Positions 53,288-62,624 of a stretch of 64,000 nucleotides of DNA are shown here, in pieces. The stretch lies in contig MHAK01000075.1 of assembly GCA_001802945.1 (NCBI GenBank), forward strand, positions 4,053 through 68,052, written 5' to 3'. Within the stretch, counting starts at the first letter, position 1; the number at the start of each line of letters is the position of its first letter. This DNA comes from Ignavibacteria bacterium RIFCSPLOWO2_12_FULL_56_21 (GTDB lineage Bacteria; Bacteroidota; Ignavibacteria; UBA10030). The notes under the pieces were generated by a model, which was not told where the DNA came from, did not search any database, and worked only from the letters and a program-made list of their open reading frames with translations. Made by a program: the position numbers and the translations under genes.

Positions 53288-55150
53288 CTACTTCAGCAGA
53301 AGCATGCGCCGCACTAGTGATCCGTTTCCCGACTGTAGCCGACATATGTACATCCCCGACGGCATGTCTGCAGCATTCCATGAAACCGCATATCGGCCGA
53401 CCGGCTGCTCTTCGTTGATGAGCACGGCGACCTCTCTTCCCAGCAAGTCGAACACCGACACCTTCACGTTGCCCGATTCGTTCAGTCTGTATTCGATCTT
53501 CGTGTTCGGATTGAACGGATTCGGATAGTTCTGCTCGAGCGAGAGAGTGGACGGAACCGCGTTAGCCTGGCCGTCATACACGCCGACGGTCATAAGATAA
53601 TTCCGGACCACGGCATACTCTGTCGTGTCTGAAAACACGTACGGATTCAGGATCTCCATGCCGAGCTGCGGAGCAACGAAACCGCTCATCACGGCGAGAA
53701 TGAACTCATTGGTGGTCACACTATAGACCGCCCCGGTATCGAGGAGTGCTCCGCCGATCCAGACAGAATCGAGCCGTCCGAACGGCGGCCGGGATGCGTC
53801 GTACGTAAACCGCAACGGGAATCCGATCGGAAAGTACTCGTCGTTCAGCTCGATGGATGACAATCCCCATTCCAACCCTTTCAACAGATCGAGTCCCGAA
53901 ATAGCGAATGTCGCCATCCGGTATCCCAGGCCGTTGTCGAGATTGTACCCATAGCCAAGCATGCAAAACACATCCGCTCCCACGACGGGCCCGGCTGGAA
54001 GCGGCTGGGCTGTTGCTCCGCCAACCGTGAGACCGATGTCTGTTCCGGTGAGCGACTGAAACGCGCTGGTGACCAGGAGCCCGACAGGCGTCGTGGCCTC
54101 GTGCCGCGCTGTGAGGTCGAGCGCCAGCTCATCCTGTTGCGTGCCGAATACATGAACAACCTCGGAATAAAAGCTGCCAAAATACGGGCCGAAGATCTGA
54201 TCGACTCCTGCCTGCAGTTCATCAACGATCGGAATGATCGTTTCTGCCTCCGGTACATTCTCGTCGAGGGGTATCAACGCATAGTCGAGGAATCGAACGG
54301 TGCCGGCATCGACGGTCAGACGCAGCTGGCCAATGTTCTCATAGAATGCGCCGGCCTGCACAATGCGCGTTGTGTCGCCGGCGGGATTCCGGATGCCGAT
54401 CGGCGTGGCGAAGGCATAATGGTCATGTCCCCCCACGATGACATCGATGCCGGGAACGGATGCTGCAATCTCCTGGTCCAGAGCTGCGCCAAGATGCGAC
54501 AGGAGGATCACAACGTCACATCCGCCCGTTGTGAGGGCCGTGATCTCTTCTTCCAAGATTGTCGGGAGCGCGGTATCGATCACCGCCGGTTGAGGAAGCG
54601 ACAGAATGTTGGTCTCGGGAGTCGTCAGTCCAAACACGCCCACGGTAATGTTTCCCACGGACTTGATAAGGTGGGGTTTGATGTAGGTCTTCAGACCCGT
54701 TACACCGGCTGAATCGAGACAGGTATTGGCGCTGAGCAACGGGTACGTGATGCCGTTGACGAACGATGTGTCGAGCGACGTCTGCAATGCGACCGGAGTG
54801 AGGTCGAATTCGTGATTGCCGACGGCCATCGCATCGAGCCCAAGTTGCTGTAAGATGCGAAACTCCGGTACGCCAAAGTATGCGTTGAACATCGGGTCGC
54901 CGATGAACAGGTCGCCCGCATGGAGAAACAGCACGTTTGGCTGCGACGCGCGCGTCATGCCGACCAACGTCGCTGCGCGTGCAATGCCGCCGATGCTGCC
55001 TCTGAGGTTCACGCCGCGGGGTCCATGCGGAGCGAGGCTGGAATGCGTGTCGTTGATGTGGAGAATTGTCAGCGTATCGGAGTCGGCAACGCATACGCAC
55101 GAAAGGGCGATCGATGCGGCGAACACGCAGATCATACGAACAGGTTTCAT
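53288..55150 (-). CDS. Secreted bifunctional metallophosphoesterase/5'-nucleotidase with a T9SS C-terminal sorting domain
   Basis: ATG at 55150 preceded by AGGAGG. Signal MKPVRMICVFAASIALSCVCVA. Metallophos motifs: ILHINDTHS, GDLFIGDP, GNHEFD, GGHDH. The C-terminal ~80 aa LEQNYPNPFNPNTKIEY...VFDLLGREV...GMYICRLQSG is the Por secretion tail. Confidence 0.85.
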   Translation of the reverse strand: MKPVRMICVFAASIALSCVCVADSDTLTILHINDTHSSLAPHGPRGVNLRGSIGGIARAATLVGMTRASQPNVLFLHAGDLFIGDPMFNAYFGVPEFRILQQLGLDAMAVGNHEFDLTPVALQTSLDTSFVNGITYPLLSANTCLDSAGVTGLKTYIKPHLIKSVGNITVGVFGLTTPETNILSLPQPAVIDTALPTILEEEITALTTGGCDVVILLSHLGAALDQEIAASVPGIDVIVGGHDHYAFATPIGIRNPAGDTTRIVQAGAFYENIGQLRLTVDAGTVRFLDYALIPLDENVPEAETIIPIVDELQAGVDQIFGPYFGSFYSEVVHVFGTQQDELALDLTARHEATTPVGLLVTSAFQSLTGTDIGLTVGGATAQPLPAGPVVGADVFCMLGYGYNLDNGLGYRMATFAISGLDLLKGLEWGLSSIELNDEYFPIGFPLRFTYDASRPPFGRLDSVWIGGALLDTGAVYSVTTNEFILAVMSGFVAPQLGMEILNPYVFSDTTEYAVVRNYLMTVGVYDGQANAVPSTLSLEQNYPNPFNPNTKIEYRLNESGNVKVSVFDLLGREVAVLINEEQPVGRYAVSWNAADMPSGMYICRLQSGNGSLVRRMLLLK

Positions 55151-55281
55151 GGGACACCTCCTGAAATGGGGAAGAATAGAGTGGGAACAGGTGGACCATA
55201 CAAGAATGAAGGATGTGGGCCGTACATGACAGTACATCAACAAGAAGGTAGAAGAGTGAACAGCAAAGACTTTTTGCCGAA

Positions 55282-55977
55282 TCATGCCGATCGGGTGCAT
55301 CGGGCCCGGGCATACAATGTGCCGTCGCGCACGTATAAGACCCGGTCGGCACATGCGATCAGACGTGTATCATGACTTGCCACGACAACGCCGACATTCC
55401 TTCGGCGTGCGCATGCATGGAGCAATTCGATCACTGCCAGTCCTTGCGAGCTTTCCAGACTGGCCGTCGGTTCATCCGCAAGAATGAGCTGAGCGTCGTT
55501 CACGAGCGCCCGGGCGATGGCGACGCGCTGCTGTTCCCCTTGGCTCATCGAATCCGGCCACCTGGCCGACAGTCCGCTGAGACCCAGTTCGCGAAGGAGA
55601 TGCAGCGAACGCTCACGCGCCGCTTTTCGTGCAGTGCCGGCAAATTCAGAGGCGATCGCCACATTCTCAGCCGCCGTGAGGGCGTTGAGAAGTCGAAAAT
55701 TCTGGAAGACGAAGCCGACATGATACGCGCGTAGCTCCTGCTGTTCACGGGCGGAAAGGTCGGCAGGCGACCGGCCAAAGAGTTCAACGCGCCCATGCGT
55801 CGGCTCGAGCAGTCCCGCGATGAGCTGGAGCAGTGTGGTTTTCCCGCTCCCGCTCGGGCCAAGAACCAGGATTACCTCTCCCGCGGCGACCGTCATCGAG
55901 ATGTCTTTGAGGGCCATAATGCCCGAACCATGATTGTAGAGCTTTGAAACATGCGAGAGAGAAACGATTGTGGTCAT
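55282..55977 (-). CDS. ABC transporter ATP-binding protein (MacB/LolD/FtsE-like)
   Basis: Walker A GPSGSGKTTLL, Q-loop, signature SMSQGEQQRVAIARAL, Walker B LILADEPTASLD-like (LILADEPTASLES). Confidence 0.9.
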   Translation of the reverse strand: MTTIVSLSHVSKLYNHGSGIMALKDISMTVAAGEVILVLGPSGSGKTTLLQLIAGLLEPTHGRVELFGRSPADLSAREQQELRAYHVGFVFQNFRLLNALTAAENVAIASEFAGTARKAARERSLHLLRELGLSGLSARWPDSMSQGEQQRVAIARALVNDAQLILADEPTASLESSQGLAVIELLHACARRRNVGVVVASHDTRLIACADRVLYVRDGTLYARARCTRSA

Positions 55978-57089
55978 ACAAATGCCTCTGTCGCGTAAAT
56001 GGTGCGCAACTTGCGCAATGGGACCAGGGCACTCACAAAGGATACGGCGCTGAGCGCCGCAAGAACGAGGACAACGTCCGAGGCCGTGAGAACGGATGCC
56101 ACTTCGGGAGCGACGAAACCGATGAGGGCGGATAACGGGATCGCCGCACCGGCCGCGACGCCGAACGATACTCCGGCCAGGACGTTCGCCTGTGCGAGTA
56201 CAACGCGCGGCAGAAATCCAGGCGGCGCCCCAATCGCCTTGAGCACGGCGAAGTCGCGCCTTCGTTCCAGCACCGTGAGCGTCAACAACAGGCTCACGAT
56301 TGCCGACAGGGCGACGGCACCGATCACGGAAAGCACAATGAGCACCGGCAGGAATCCCGACCGCATCTCCCGCAGGTTGTTGGCCACGAATGCGTCCTGC
56401 GTGTACACAGATACTCCCGGCACTTCGTCGGCTATCGTTGCAGGCAGCGCTTCAACGGAGTGCTTTCCATTCGCCCGGATGATGTACGCCGACACGAGGT
56501 CGGGAGAATTATAGAGCTTTCGCACATCCTCCAGACAGGCGAACGCATATTGTATCACTACCATGTTCGTTCCGCCCGAAATGCCGACGACGCGAAGATG
56601 AAGATCCTGCACTTTCACCGAATTGCCTACCTGCAACCGCCACTTTGCGGCAAATGCCTTGTCGAGAACCACCTCCCCTTGTCTGGCAACGGTTCGACCT
56701 GCGACAATAACGGGCGGACCGCCCAGCCCTGACGCCGGGTCAAAGCCGGCGAGATCCACGGTCGCCGATCCGCGATCGGTTTCCAACGACGTCAGAAGAA
56801 ATATGACGGGGGCCGCTTGCTGCACACCCGGCACTTCGCGAAGGAGCGACCCATGGGCGGTTGTGAGAAGGGAAAATCCGCGGAGGAGATTGGTGGTTTG
56901 TTGTTGCACCACCCAGGCATCCGCCCCCGTTGCGCGGAAGTAGGCGATGGAGCCCTCTTCAACGCCTCGATACAGCGCGAGCAGAAATCCCATAAGAATG
57001 AGCGACAACGCAATGCCGCTCACCGTCAGAAAATGACGCGTGGGCTGACCGCGAAGCAAGAAAAGAGCATATCGGGACATGGCGATCAT
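55974..57089 (-). CDS. ABC transporter permease, FtsX/MacB-type
   Basis: 4-nt overlap with the ATPase gene. N-terminal TM, large periplasmic loop, then a C-terminal 3-TM FtsX-like bundle (LIVLSVIGAVALSAIVSLLLTLTVLERRRDFAVLKAIGA...). Confidence 0.8.
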   Translation of the reverse strand: MIAMSRYALFLLRGQPTRHFLTVSGIALSLILMGFLLALYRGVEEGSIAYFRATGADAWVVQQQTTNLLRGFSLLTTAHGSLLREVPGVQQAAPVIFLLTSLETDRGSATVDLAGFDPASGLGGPPVIVAGRTVARQGEVVLDKAFAAKWRLQVGNSVKVQDLHLRVVGISGGTNMVVIQYAFACLEDVRKLYNSPDLVSAYIIRANGKHSVEALPATIADEVPGVSVYTQDAFVANNLREMRSGFLPVLIVLSVIGAVALSAIVSLLLTLTVLERRRDFAVLKAIGAPPGFLPRVVLAQANVLAGVSFGVAAGAAIPLSALIGFVAPEVASVLTASDVVLVLAALSAVSFVSALVPLRKLRTIYATEAFV

Positions 57090-57101
57090 AGATCGGAAGT
57101 A

Positions 57102-58202
57102 TCACGAGAACATTGGAACTGTGGTCTTCAGTCGTCCCTGGAATCGCTCGAAGATGTCGGCCAGGGTCGGACCCGTCACCGTGATGCCATGATTCTTCAG
57201 CCCAATAACGGCGCGACTGGGGTCCGGAGTATCGTCCAACAGTCGCGACACTTCTTCGGCCAGTTCCCGTGTGCCGCAGGGAAAATTCTGCGGCGTGCAC
57301 ACAATGTCGTCCATCCACGCATGAACGTGGACAATGGCGCCGACGCCGGGATACGTCTCATAAATCAGCGCGTGTTCGACAGCATCCACGCTGACTCGAG
57401 CCCGCGGCTCACCTTCGGGAGGCATCGACACATGCGCAATGCCGCGGTCGAAATCGAATTCGCGCACCATGAGCACGTCCTTTCCTGCTCCCTGCAGCCG
57501 CGCTTTGTTGCAGCCCCGTGCCGTCATCCAAAAGCTTCCGTTCGAGAACTCGGATACCCGTTCTCGCGCGCTGAGATTTCCGTAACTCAACCCGGTCATG
57601 CCGAAGATCTTGTACAGATGATGCAACTCGTCGGGTGAAAGGACCGAATCGAGCGGAAAAGGAAGGGGAAGCACGCCCATGCGGTCGAGGACAGCCCCGT
57701 GACGGCGAACGTCTTCCACCGCCGCCGAACCGTGCCAGTATCGTTCCGGCAAATCGGGAACAAGGTCGTTGTTTGTGGCATAGTGCGCCGTTGCGATCGG
57801 AAACACACGCTCAAAGACTGCGTTCGCCTCGTATGGAAGGTGGTAGAAACCGGCTTCGGGCGTGGTGAAATAGATCTCGCATCCGTCGAGCCTCCGATGG
57901 TCCGGTCTGGGCGGCACGATGGCCACGGCGAGGTTGGAGAGCGACCGGACGAGGGAAGCGTAACAAAATGAACGGAGGTCGGCCGGCGGCCCCGGTATGC
58001 TCAATACAGATATGACAAAAACGCTCTGTGACCGGCGCCGATACGGTGTCGGCGCCGCAGCGTTCGTAAGATTGAGGACAAACTGCAATCCGTTGACGTC
58101 CTCCGATCGTCGGAAACCGTGCTGTTCAAAGGAACCAGCGAGCGTTGAAACGAGCGCATCGCGCAGCGAGTCGCATCCTTCCGTCCGTGTAGTATACGTC
58201 AT
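57102..58202 (-). CDS. Two-domain protein with a C-terminal class II aldolase/adducin-family domain
   Basis: ATG at 58202 (MTYTTRTEG...) forms an ATGA overlap with the upstream decarboxylase stop. C-terminal half: GNLSARE...FWMTARGCNKARL...DAVEHALIYETYPGVGAIVHVHAW...GLKNHGITVTGPTLADIFERF. N-terminal ~170 aa are unassigned. Confidence 0.7.
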   Translation of the reverse strand: MTYTTRTEGCDSLRDALVSTLAGSFEQHGFRRSEDVNGLQFVLNLTNAAAPTPYRRRSQSVFVISVLSIPGPPADLRSFCYASLVRSLSNLAVAIVPPRPDHRRLDGCEIYFTTPEAGFYHLPYEANAVFERVFPIATAHYATNNDLVPDLPERYWHGSAAVEDVRRHGAVLDRMGVLPLPFPLDSVLSPDELHHLYKIFGMTGLSYGNLSARERVSEFSNGSFWMTARGCNKARLQGAGKDVLMVREFDFDRGIAHVSMPPEGEPRARVSVDAVEHALIYETYPGVGAIVHVHAWMDDIVCTPQNFPCGTRELAEEVSRLLDDTPDPSRAVIGLKNHGITVTGPTLADIFERFQGRLKTTVPMFS

Positions 58203-59596
58203 GACATCACCTCGTGAGATTCGATTGCCATCACGTCGCGGCACACCGTATCGTCGAAAGTTTCCCTCCGTCGCAAAAGGGTTTTTCCGTTTCTTCCGAC
58301 TGACACGATGGCCGGACGTGGATGGCCAAAATTTGATTCAAGCGCCGTGAAATATGCGCCGGTGTCCATGAGCGCGATGACATCGCCCGGCGCGAGCGAC
58401 GGCATCGGTAAGTTTCGATACACGATATCGCCGGCGAAGCACCCAGGTCCGAGGATCGTTATGTGTTCGCTCCGGGGACGGGAGACGCCGGTGCACGGCA
58501 ATACGTCGTGCGCCTCGTAGTACGTCGGCATCGTTACAGTGCCGAGTCCGCCGTCGGTGATCGCCCAGGTGCCGGCCCCGGGACGATGCTTCACCGCATG
58601 GACTTTCAGGAGGAGGAACTGATGCGGCCCGGTCACGCATCGTCCGGGTTCGAAGATCACCTCCGGCAGCCGTTCGCCGGCGAATGCATGATGAACGGCA
58701 TGAGCGATGAAACGGATGAACTCACAAGGATCTGCCGAGGGCGCAGAAGGTGCGGGCAGTCGACCGAACGCCTGGTACTTCAGCATCTCGAGGCTCGTGA
58801 ATTCCCGGGAAGTCCGCGACGCAAACCCGCCGCCGATGTCGATCGTGGTCGGAGCGAAACCAAGCATTCGGGCCTCGCGCAGCAGCATCTCGAGGGTCCG
58901 CACCGCCGGGAGATACTCCTGCGGAGAACGGATCCCTGTACCGATGTGGAGATGGTAGCCCGCGAACAGCAGCGAAGGAGCCCGGTGGAAGCGCGCAAGA
59001 GCTAAACGCACCTCGCCTCCCTTCAGGTCGAGGCCGAAAGCGCATCCTGACCGGCTCCCGGTGGCCGAACCGGCATTCATACCGCGTGGCACGATATCGG
59101 GATTCACGCGGAGCAGGACTTCCGGCCGCAGGTCCATCTCAGCGGCCAGCCGTTCGAGCACATCAAGCTCCGCCAGTGAATCGACAGCAATGAACCGAAC
59201 ATGACTCTCAAGACATGCCCGGATGAAACTTTCGGACTTGCACGGGCCGTTGACGATGATGTCGCAGCCGGCATAACCCACCCTGTGCGCCGTATGCAAT
59301 TCAAGTTCGCTCATGACCTCGATGCGCAGTCCCGCTTCCCGCACAAGCCGCACGATGCCCGGGACGCCGTTGCACTTCATGGCAAAATGCACGGCGACAG
59401 GGCCGGTGTATTCATGTTCCGCAGTGCATTGGAGACGGCGTGCAAAAGAGAGAAGTCGATCCTCATGCACAACGTGAAGCGGCGTTCCAAACTCTTCCGC
59501 CAGCGAAGTCAGGGGCACATCGTTCAGGCGCAGTGTCCCTCCGGCGTCGGCAGAGAGGCCCCAGAGGGTCGGATCGGATATCGCAGGTTGTCGCAT
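58199..59596 (-). CDS. PLP-dependent decarboxylase of the Orn/DAP/Arg (alanine-racemase-fold, group IV) family
   Basis: VHFAMKCNGVPGIVRLV (PLP Lys), YHLHIGTGI, IDIGGGFAS, EPGRCVTGP, ILGPGCFAGD. Confidence 0.85.
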   Translation of the reverse strand: MRQPAISDPTLWGLSADAGGTLRLNDVPLTSLAEEFGTPLHVVHEDRLLSFARRLQCTAEHEYTGPVAVHFAMKCNGVPGIVRLVREAGLRIEVMSELELHTAHRVGYAGCDIIVNGPCKSESFIRACLESHVRFIAVDSLAELDVLERLAAEMDLRPEVLLRVNPDIVPRGMNAGSATGSRSGCAFGLDLKGGEVRLALARFHRAPSLLFAGYHLHIGTGIRSPQEYLPAVRTLEMLLREARMLGFAPTTIDIGGGFASRTSREFTSLEMLKYQAFGRLPAPSAPSADPCEFIRFIAHAVHHAFAGERLPEVIFEPGRCVTGPHQFLLLKVHAVKHRPGAGTWAITDGGLGTVTMPTYYEAHDVLPCTGVSRPRSEHITILGPGCFAGDIVYRNLPMPSLAPGDVIALMDTGAYFTALESNFGHPRPAIVSVGRNGKTLLRRRETFDDTVCRDVMAIESHEVMS

Positions 59597-59673
59597 TGTC
59601 GAAAGTCCACTGTTTACACGTGCAATCTACCCGGTGCAAACGGGTCATGTGTCATGGCGGCGTCAAGAGAGCG

Positions 59674-60786
59674 TCAAGGTACCGTCACCGGCCGCGTCAT
59701 GATCGCAAAGTGCTTGTCCTCCGTCATTCCGAACCGCTCTGCCGCATGAAGTGCGATCGCGTTGTCCGGCGACATCCAGGTCGTCTCGAGCTCATCGAAA
59801 TTCCTGGCCATGCGATGGAGGGCGTCGAACAACAGCGCGTGCACGCGTCCGCGCTGCCAGTGCCGTTTGATCCCTACAGCATAGACAATGAGTCGTCGAA
59901 TGTGCGACCGATGCGTGAGAAAATGGAACACTCCGAACGGCGTCGCACGCCCGCCGCGCATCGGTTGGAGAAGGGGATTCACGTCGAGCACGCATTGCAG
60001 CACGCCGACCGGTTCTTCGCCGTGTTCAACGATGACGTTCAAATCCGGACGCGTGACAAGCCGAAGATCGCGCGCGGCAAACCGGTATTCGTCGGACGAA
60101 ACCGGGAGAAAGAAGCAGTTGTCCGCAAATGCGTCGTTGTATACCTCACGGATCCGCTCCAGCTCTGAGGCGAGGTCGGAGAGTCTCACTGGCCGTACGT
60201 GCAGCTGCGGCGCTAGCGCTTGGGGAGCAGGATGCCGATCGAGCCATTCTCGGATATCCGGATTGCGCCGAGTGTGAAGCATTCGTTCGACGATGAATCC
60301 TGTCTGCTCAAGCAGGGGGAGATACTTCTGTGGATGATGTGTCTGAAAGAAGGTGACGTGCTCATCGAATTTGTCCGCCTGCAGGCCGAGTTCCGAATAG
60401 TGATGAGGATGGAAGGGGCCGTGGAGATCGGTTGCGCCGCGCTGACGGCACCATTCGCCGACCGTTGAGAACAACGCACGAACGGCCGCAGCATCGTTGT
60501 CGCTTTCAAAGTAGCCGAACATGGCCGGCAGCCGCCCGCCGGGGAGTGCATACGCTGGATTCACGACCGCTGTGGTTCGTGCGACGGGAATTCCGTCCTT
60601 CAGGCATAGAAATACGCCGAGCTGCGCGGACCGGAAGTACGGATTCTTGCGGCTGTCCAATGTCCTGCGGACATCGCTGTCCAACGACGGGATCCAGAGG
60701 GGATCCTTGCGATACAGTTTGCGGGGAAGGGCGAGAAATCCGCGCCAGTCGCTCCGGGTCGTCACGCGCCGGATCTCATAGTCCAT
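59674..60786 (-). CDS. GNAT-fold N-acyltransferase family protein (uncharacterised ~370-aa subfamily)
   Basis: IRRVTTRSDWRGFLALPRKLYRKDPLWIPSLDSDVRRTLDSRKNPYF...MFGYFESDNDAAAVRALF...WCRQRGATDLHGPF. C-terminal GNAT motif A-like: VYAVGIKRHWQRGRVHALLFDAL. Confidence 0.65.
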   Translation of the reverse strand: MDYEIRRVTTRSDWRGFLALPRKLYRKDPLWIPSLDSDVRRTLDSRKNPYFRSAQLGVFLCLKDGIPVARTTAVVNPAYALPGGRLPAMFGYFESDNDAAAVRALFSTVGEWCRQRGATDLHGPFHPHHYSELGLQADKFDEHVTFFQTHHPQKYLPLLEQTGFIVERMLHTRRNPDIREWLDRHPAPQALAPQLHVRPVRLSDLASELERIREVYNDAFADNCFFLPVSSDEYRFAARDLRLVTRPDLNVIVEHGEEPVGVLQCVLDVNPLLQPMRGGRATPFGVFHFLTHRSHIRRLIVYAVGIKRHWQRGRVHALLFDALHRMARNFDELETTWMSPDNAIALHAAERFGMTEDKHFAIMTRPVTVP

Positions 60787-60789
60787 GGC

Positions 60790-61908
60790 TCATGTGCCTT
60801 TCCGCACTTCTTCGATCCGGTAGGACCTGTAGATGAACGAAAGGTCCTGCGAGTGGAGCCGCCGGGCCTCATCGTCACGGCCGATAATGCACGGTTCCAG
60901 TTCCAGCGGATGACTGCGGGGAACGAGCAGGTTACGATAGGTCAGCACTGCTGAGTCGACTGCTACGCGGACTGTTTCGCGCAGGAGGTCCGTGAACGCC
61001 TGAGCCGGCATCCACTCAAAAATGTTCGTGAAATTGAACCTGGAGATGCTCCCCGCGGGAAGCGATTGAAAATACTCCCGGCAATCGCCGCTGACGATCG
61101 TTATGCGGTCAAGCCGTTGCCGAAGGGTCTTGATATTCTCCCGCCGCAAATAGGCGGGCAGGTGGTCGAGGTCGTAATATCTGCCGAGTAATGCGTAGGA
61201 CAGGTACGTGCTGTCGCGGAGGGGCAACGTTGTCACCGCGCGACGAACGACATCCGCAAAGTGATGGCCAAAGGAGAAGTGCTCTTCCAACTGCGCAAAA
61301 AATGCCGGATCGAAGAACAGAGACATGACTCGACGGCTGAGAAAGATCCGCGTAAATGCTTTCCACCTCCGGTTCGACCAGGAATGGTCGAACAGTTTCT
61401 CCCGAGCATGCCGGTCGTCGATTGTGAACATCCGTTCGACAAGGGACCTTCCGACAAGCATGCGCGTCATGCGGCCGAGAAGGCGCATATACCGTTCATA
61501 CCGCCCGCAGTGGATGATACCCAGCCGGATATCCCCGGGCCGGACGTCCCAGTACGCGAGTGCCTGTTCCGAGAGCTGAGGGCGGAGCGAACGATAGGTG
61601 TCGATCCTGTGTCGCGACGGCGTAACGCCGAAGAAACAGAGGAGTTCCGGATACGGGAGGACGCGGAGCGCTGCGATCTTCAACTCAAGCAGATGATTTT
61701 GGTGCGGATTCAGGTCGAGCGAGATCACCCGCTTCGGATCGTCCAGGAGAAGAGTGAGAGCATTGCAGCCTCCGGAGGTGATCGTAAAGACCACGTCCGA
61801 CGGAGAAATCCGGAACGCTTCCCGATCGAGCTGTGGATCCTCCCAGCATTGCGCATAGAGGACTTCCTGGAAGACTCCATTGCGGCGTTTGGGGAGGGCC
61901 GTTTTCAT
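60790..61908 (-). CDS. DUF3419 family protein (BtaA-like S-adenosylmethionine:diacylglycerol 3-amino-3-carboxypropyl transferase family)
   Basis: ATG at 61908 preceded by GGAGG. The track's 553-aa version adds an Arg/Pro-rich extension overlapping the upstream gene. VLYAQCWEDPQLDREAFRISPSDVVFTITSGGCNALTLLLDDPKRVISLDLNPHQNHLLELKIAAL matches the DUF3419 N-terminal signature as I recall it. Confidence 0.75.
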   Translation of the reverse strand: MKTALPKRRNGVFQEVLYAQCWEDPQLDREAFRISPSDVVFTITSGGCNALTLLLDDPKRVISLDLNPHQNHLLELKIAALRVLPYPELLCFFGVTPSRHRIDTYRSLRPQLSEQALAYWDVRPGDIRLGIIHCGRYERYMRLLGRMTRMLVGRSLVERMFTIDDRHAREKLFDHSWSNRRWKAFTRIFLSRRVMSLFFDPAFFAQLEEHFSFGHHFADVVRRAVTTLPLRDSTYLSYALLGRYYDLDHLPAYLRRENIKTLRQRLDRITIVSGDCREYFQSLPAGSISRFNFTNIFEWMPAQAFTDLLRETVRVAVDSAVLTYRNLLVPRSHPLELEPCIIGRDDEARRLHSQDLSFIYRSYRIEEVRKGT

Positions 61909-62624
61909 GATCGAGCCTCCGAAGTTGCGTGGGGATGCAACCCCTTTTTTGTATGCCAGGCTGCCCAATCGGCCACGGCCGGCAGGCCGACGAGGACGGC
62001 GTGGAAAAACTGTCCGGTGGCGCTTGCGACGATCAGTCCAGGCACAAAAAGCACATAGAGGGCGTTGAAGCGGAATCCATCCCGGTCGATGTGCAGCGTA
62101 TGTGAGTTGCCGCAGAACTTCCTGAATGACCTCCACGTGGGGATCATTCTTGGGACCGTCGATCGATACGCCTCGTACCCATCTCCGTGGTCTTGTGCTA
62201 GCATCTTTTCTTCGAACAGTATGAGATTGCGATAGTGAAGAGCGAGGAGTACCGGATACGCGACTCCAGGAAGGGGCATGCAGAGGGCAAAAGCCGCGGC
62301 GGCAATCAGGTCGGCCAGGTAGATCGGATTGCGTACGAGGTCGTACGGCGGGGCGATGCGGAGCTCTTCGGGCCGGACTTCGAACGACATGACGCGATGA
62401 GACCGCAGAACGGTCCCCGCGGACATGCGCAGCAAGGAAGCGACTGCACATCCGATAGCGGCGATCAGAAAGCCGAATGAACGGGGGGCCGCTGCTCCCA
62501 GGAGAAGCTCGAACACTGTCTGCTTCACATCAGTCAACACATAGGCGCAAAGGCAAGCGGCAAGCACGATGCCGAGCGATATGAAAATGCGGTACTGGAA
62601 TTCCCAGGCAAGCATCGCGTTCAT
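61905..62624 (-). CDS. Membrane methyltransferase of the PEMT/ICMT (phospholipid / isoprenylcysteine carboxyl methyltransferase) family
   Basis: ATG at 62624 (MNAMLAWEF...) gives ATGA overlaps at both ends. About 5 TM helices. C-terminal signature: PYDLVRNPIYLADLI...ALHYRNLILFEEKMLAQDHGDGYEAYRSTVPRMIP. Confidence 0.75.
   Translation of the reverse strand: MNAMLAWEFQYRIFISLGIVLAACLCAYVLTDVKQTVFELLLGAAAPRSFGFLIAAIGCAVASLLRMSAGTVLRSHRVMSFEVRPEELRIAPPYDLVRNPIYLADLIAAAAFALCMPLPGVAYPVLLALHYRNLILFEEKMLAQDHGDGYEAYRSTVPRMIPTWRSFRKFCGNSHTLHIDRDGFRFNALYVLFVPGLIVASATGQFFHAVLVGLPAVADWAAWHTKKGLHPHATSEARS

Noticed and set aside
61909-62451. Long N-terminal extension of the DUF3419 ORF (553-aa version)
   Set aside because: The extension is Arg/Pro/Ser-rich and overlaps the PEMT-like gene, which has clear TM helices and family motifs. 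The ATG at 61908 has a GGAGG RBS and gives an ATGA coupling.
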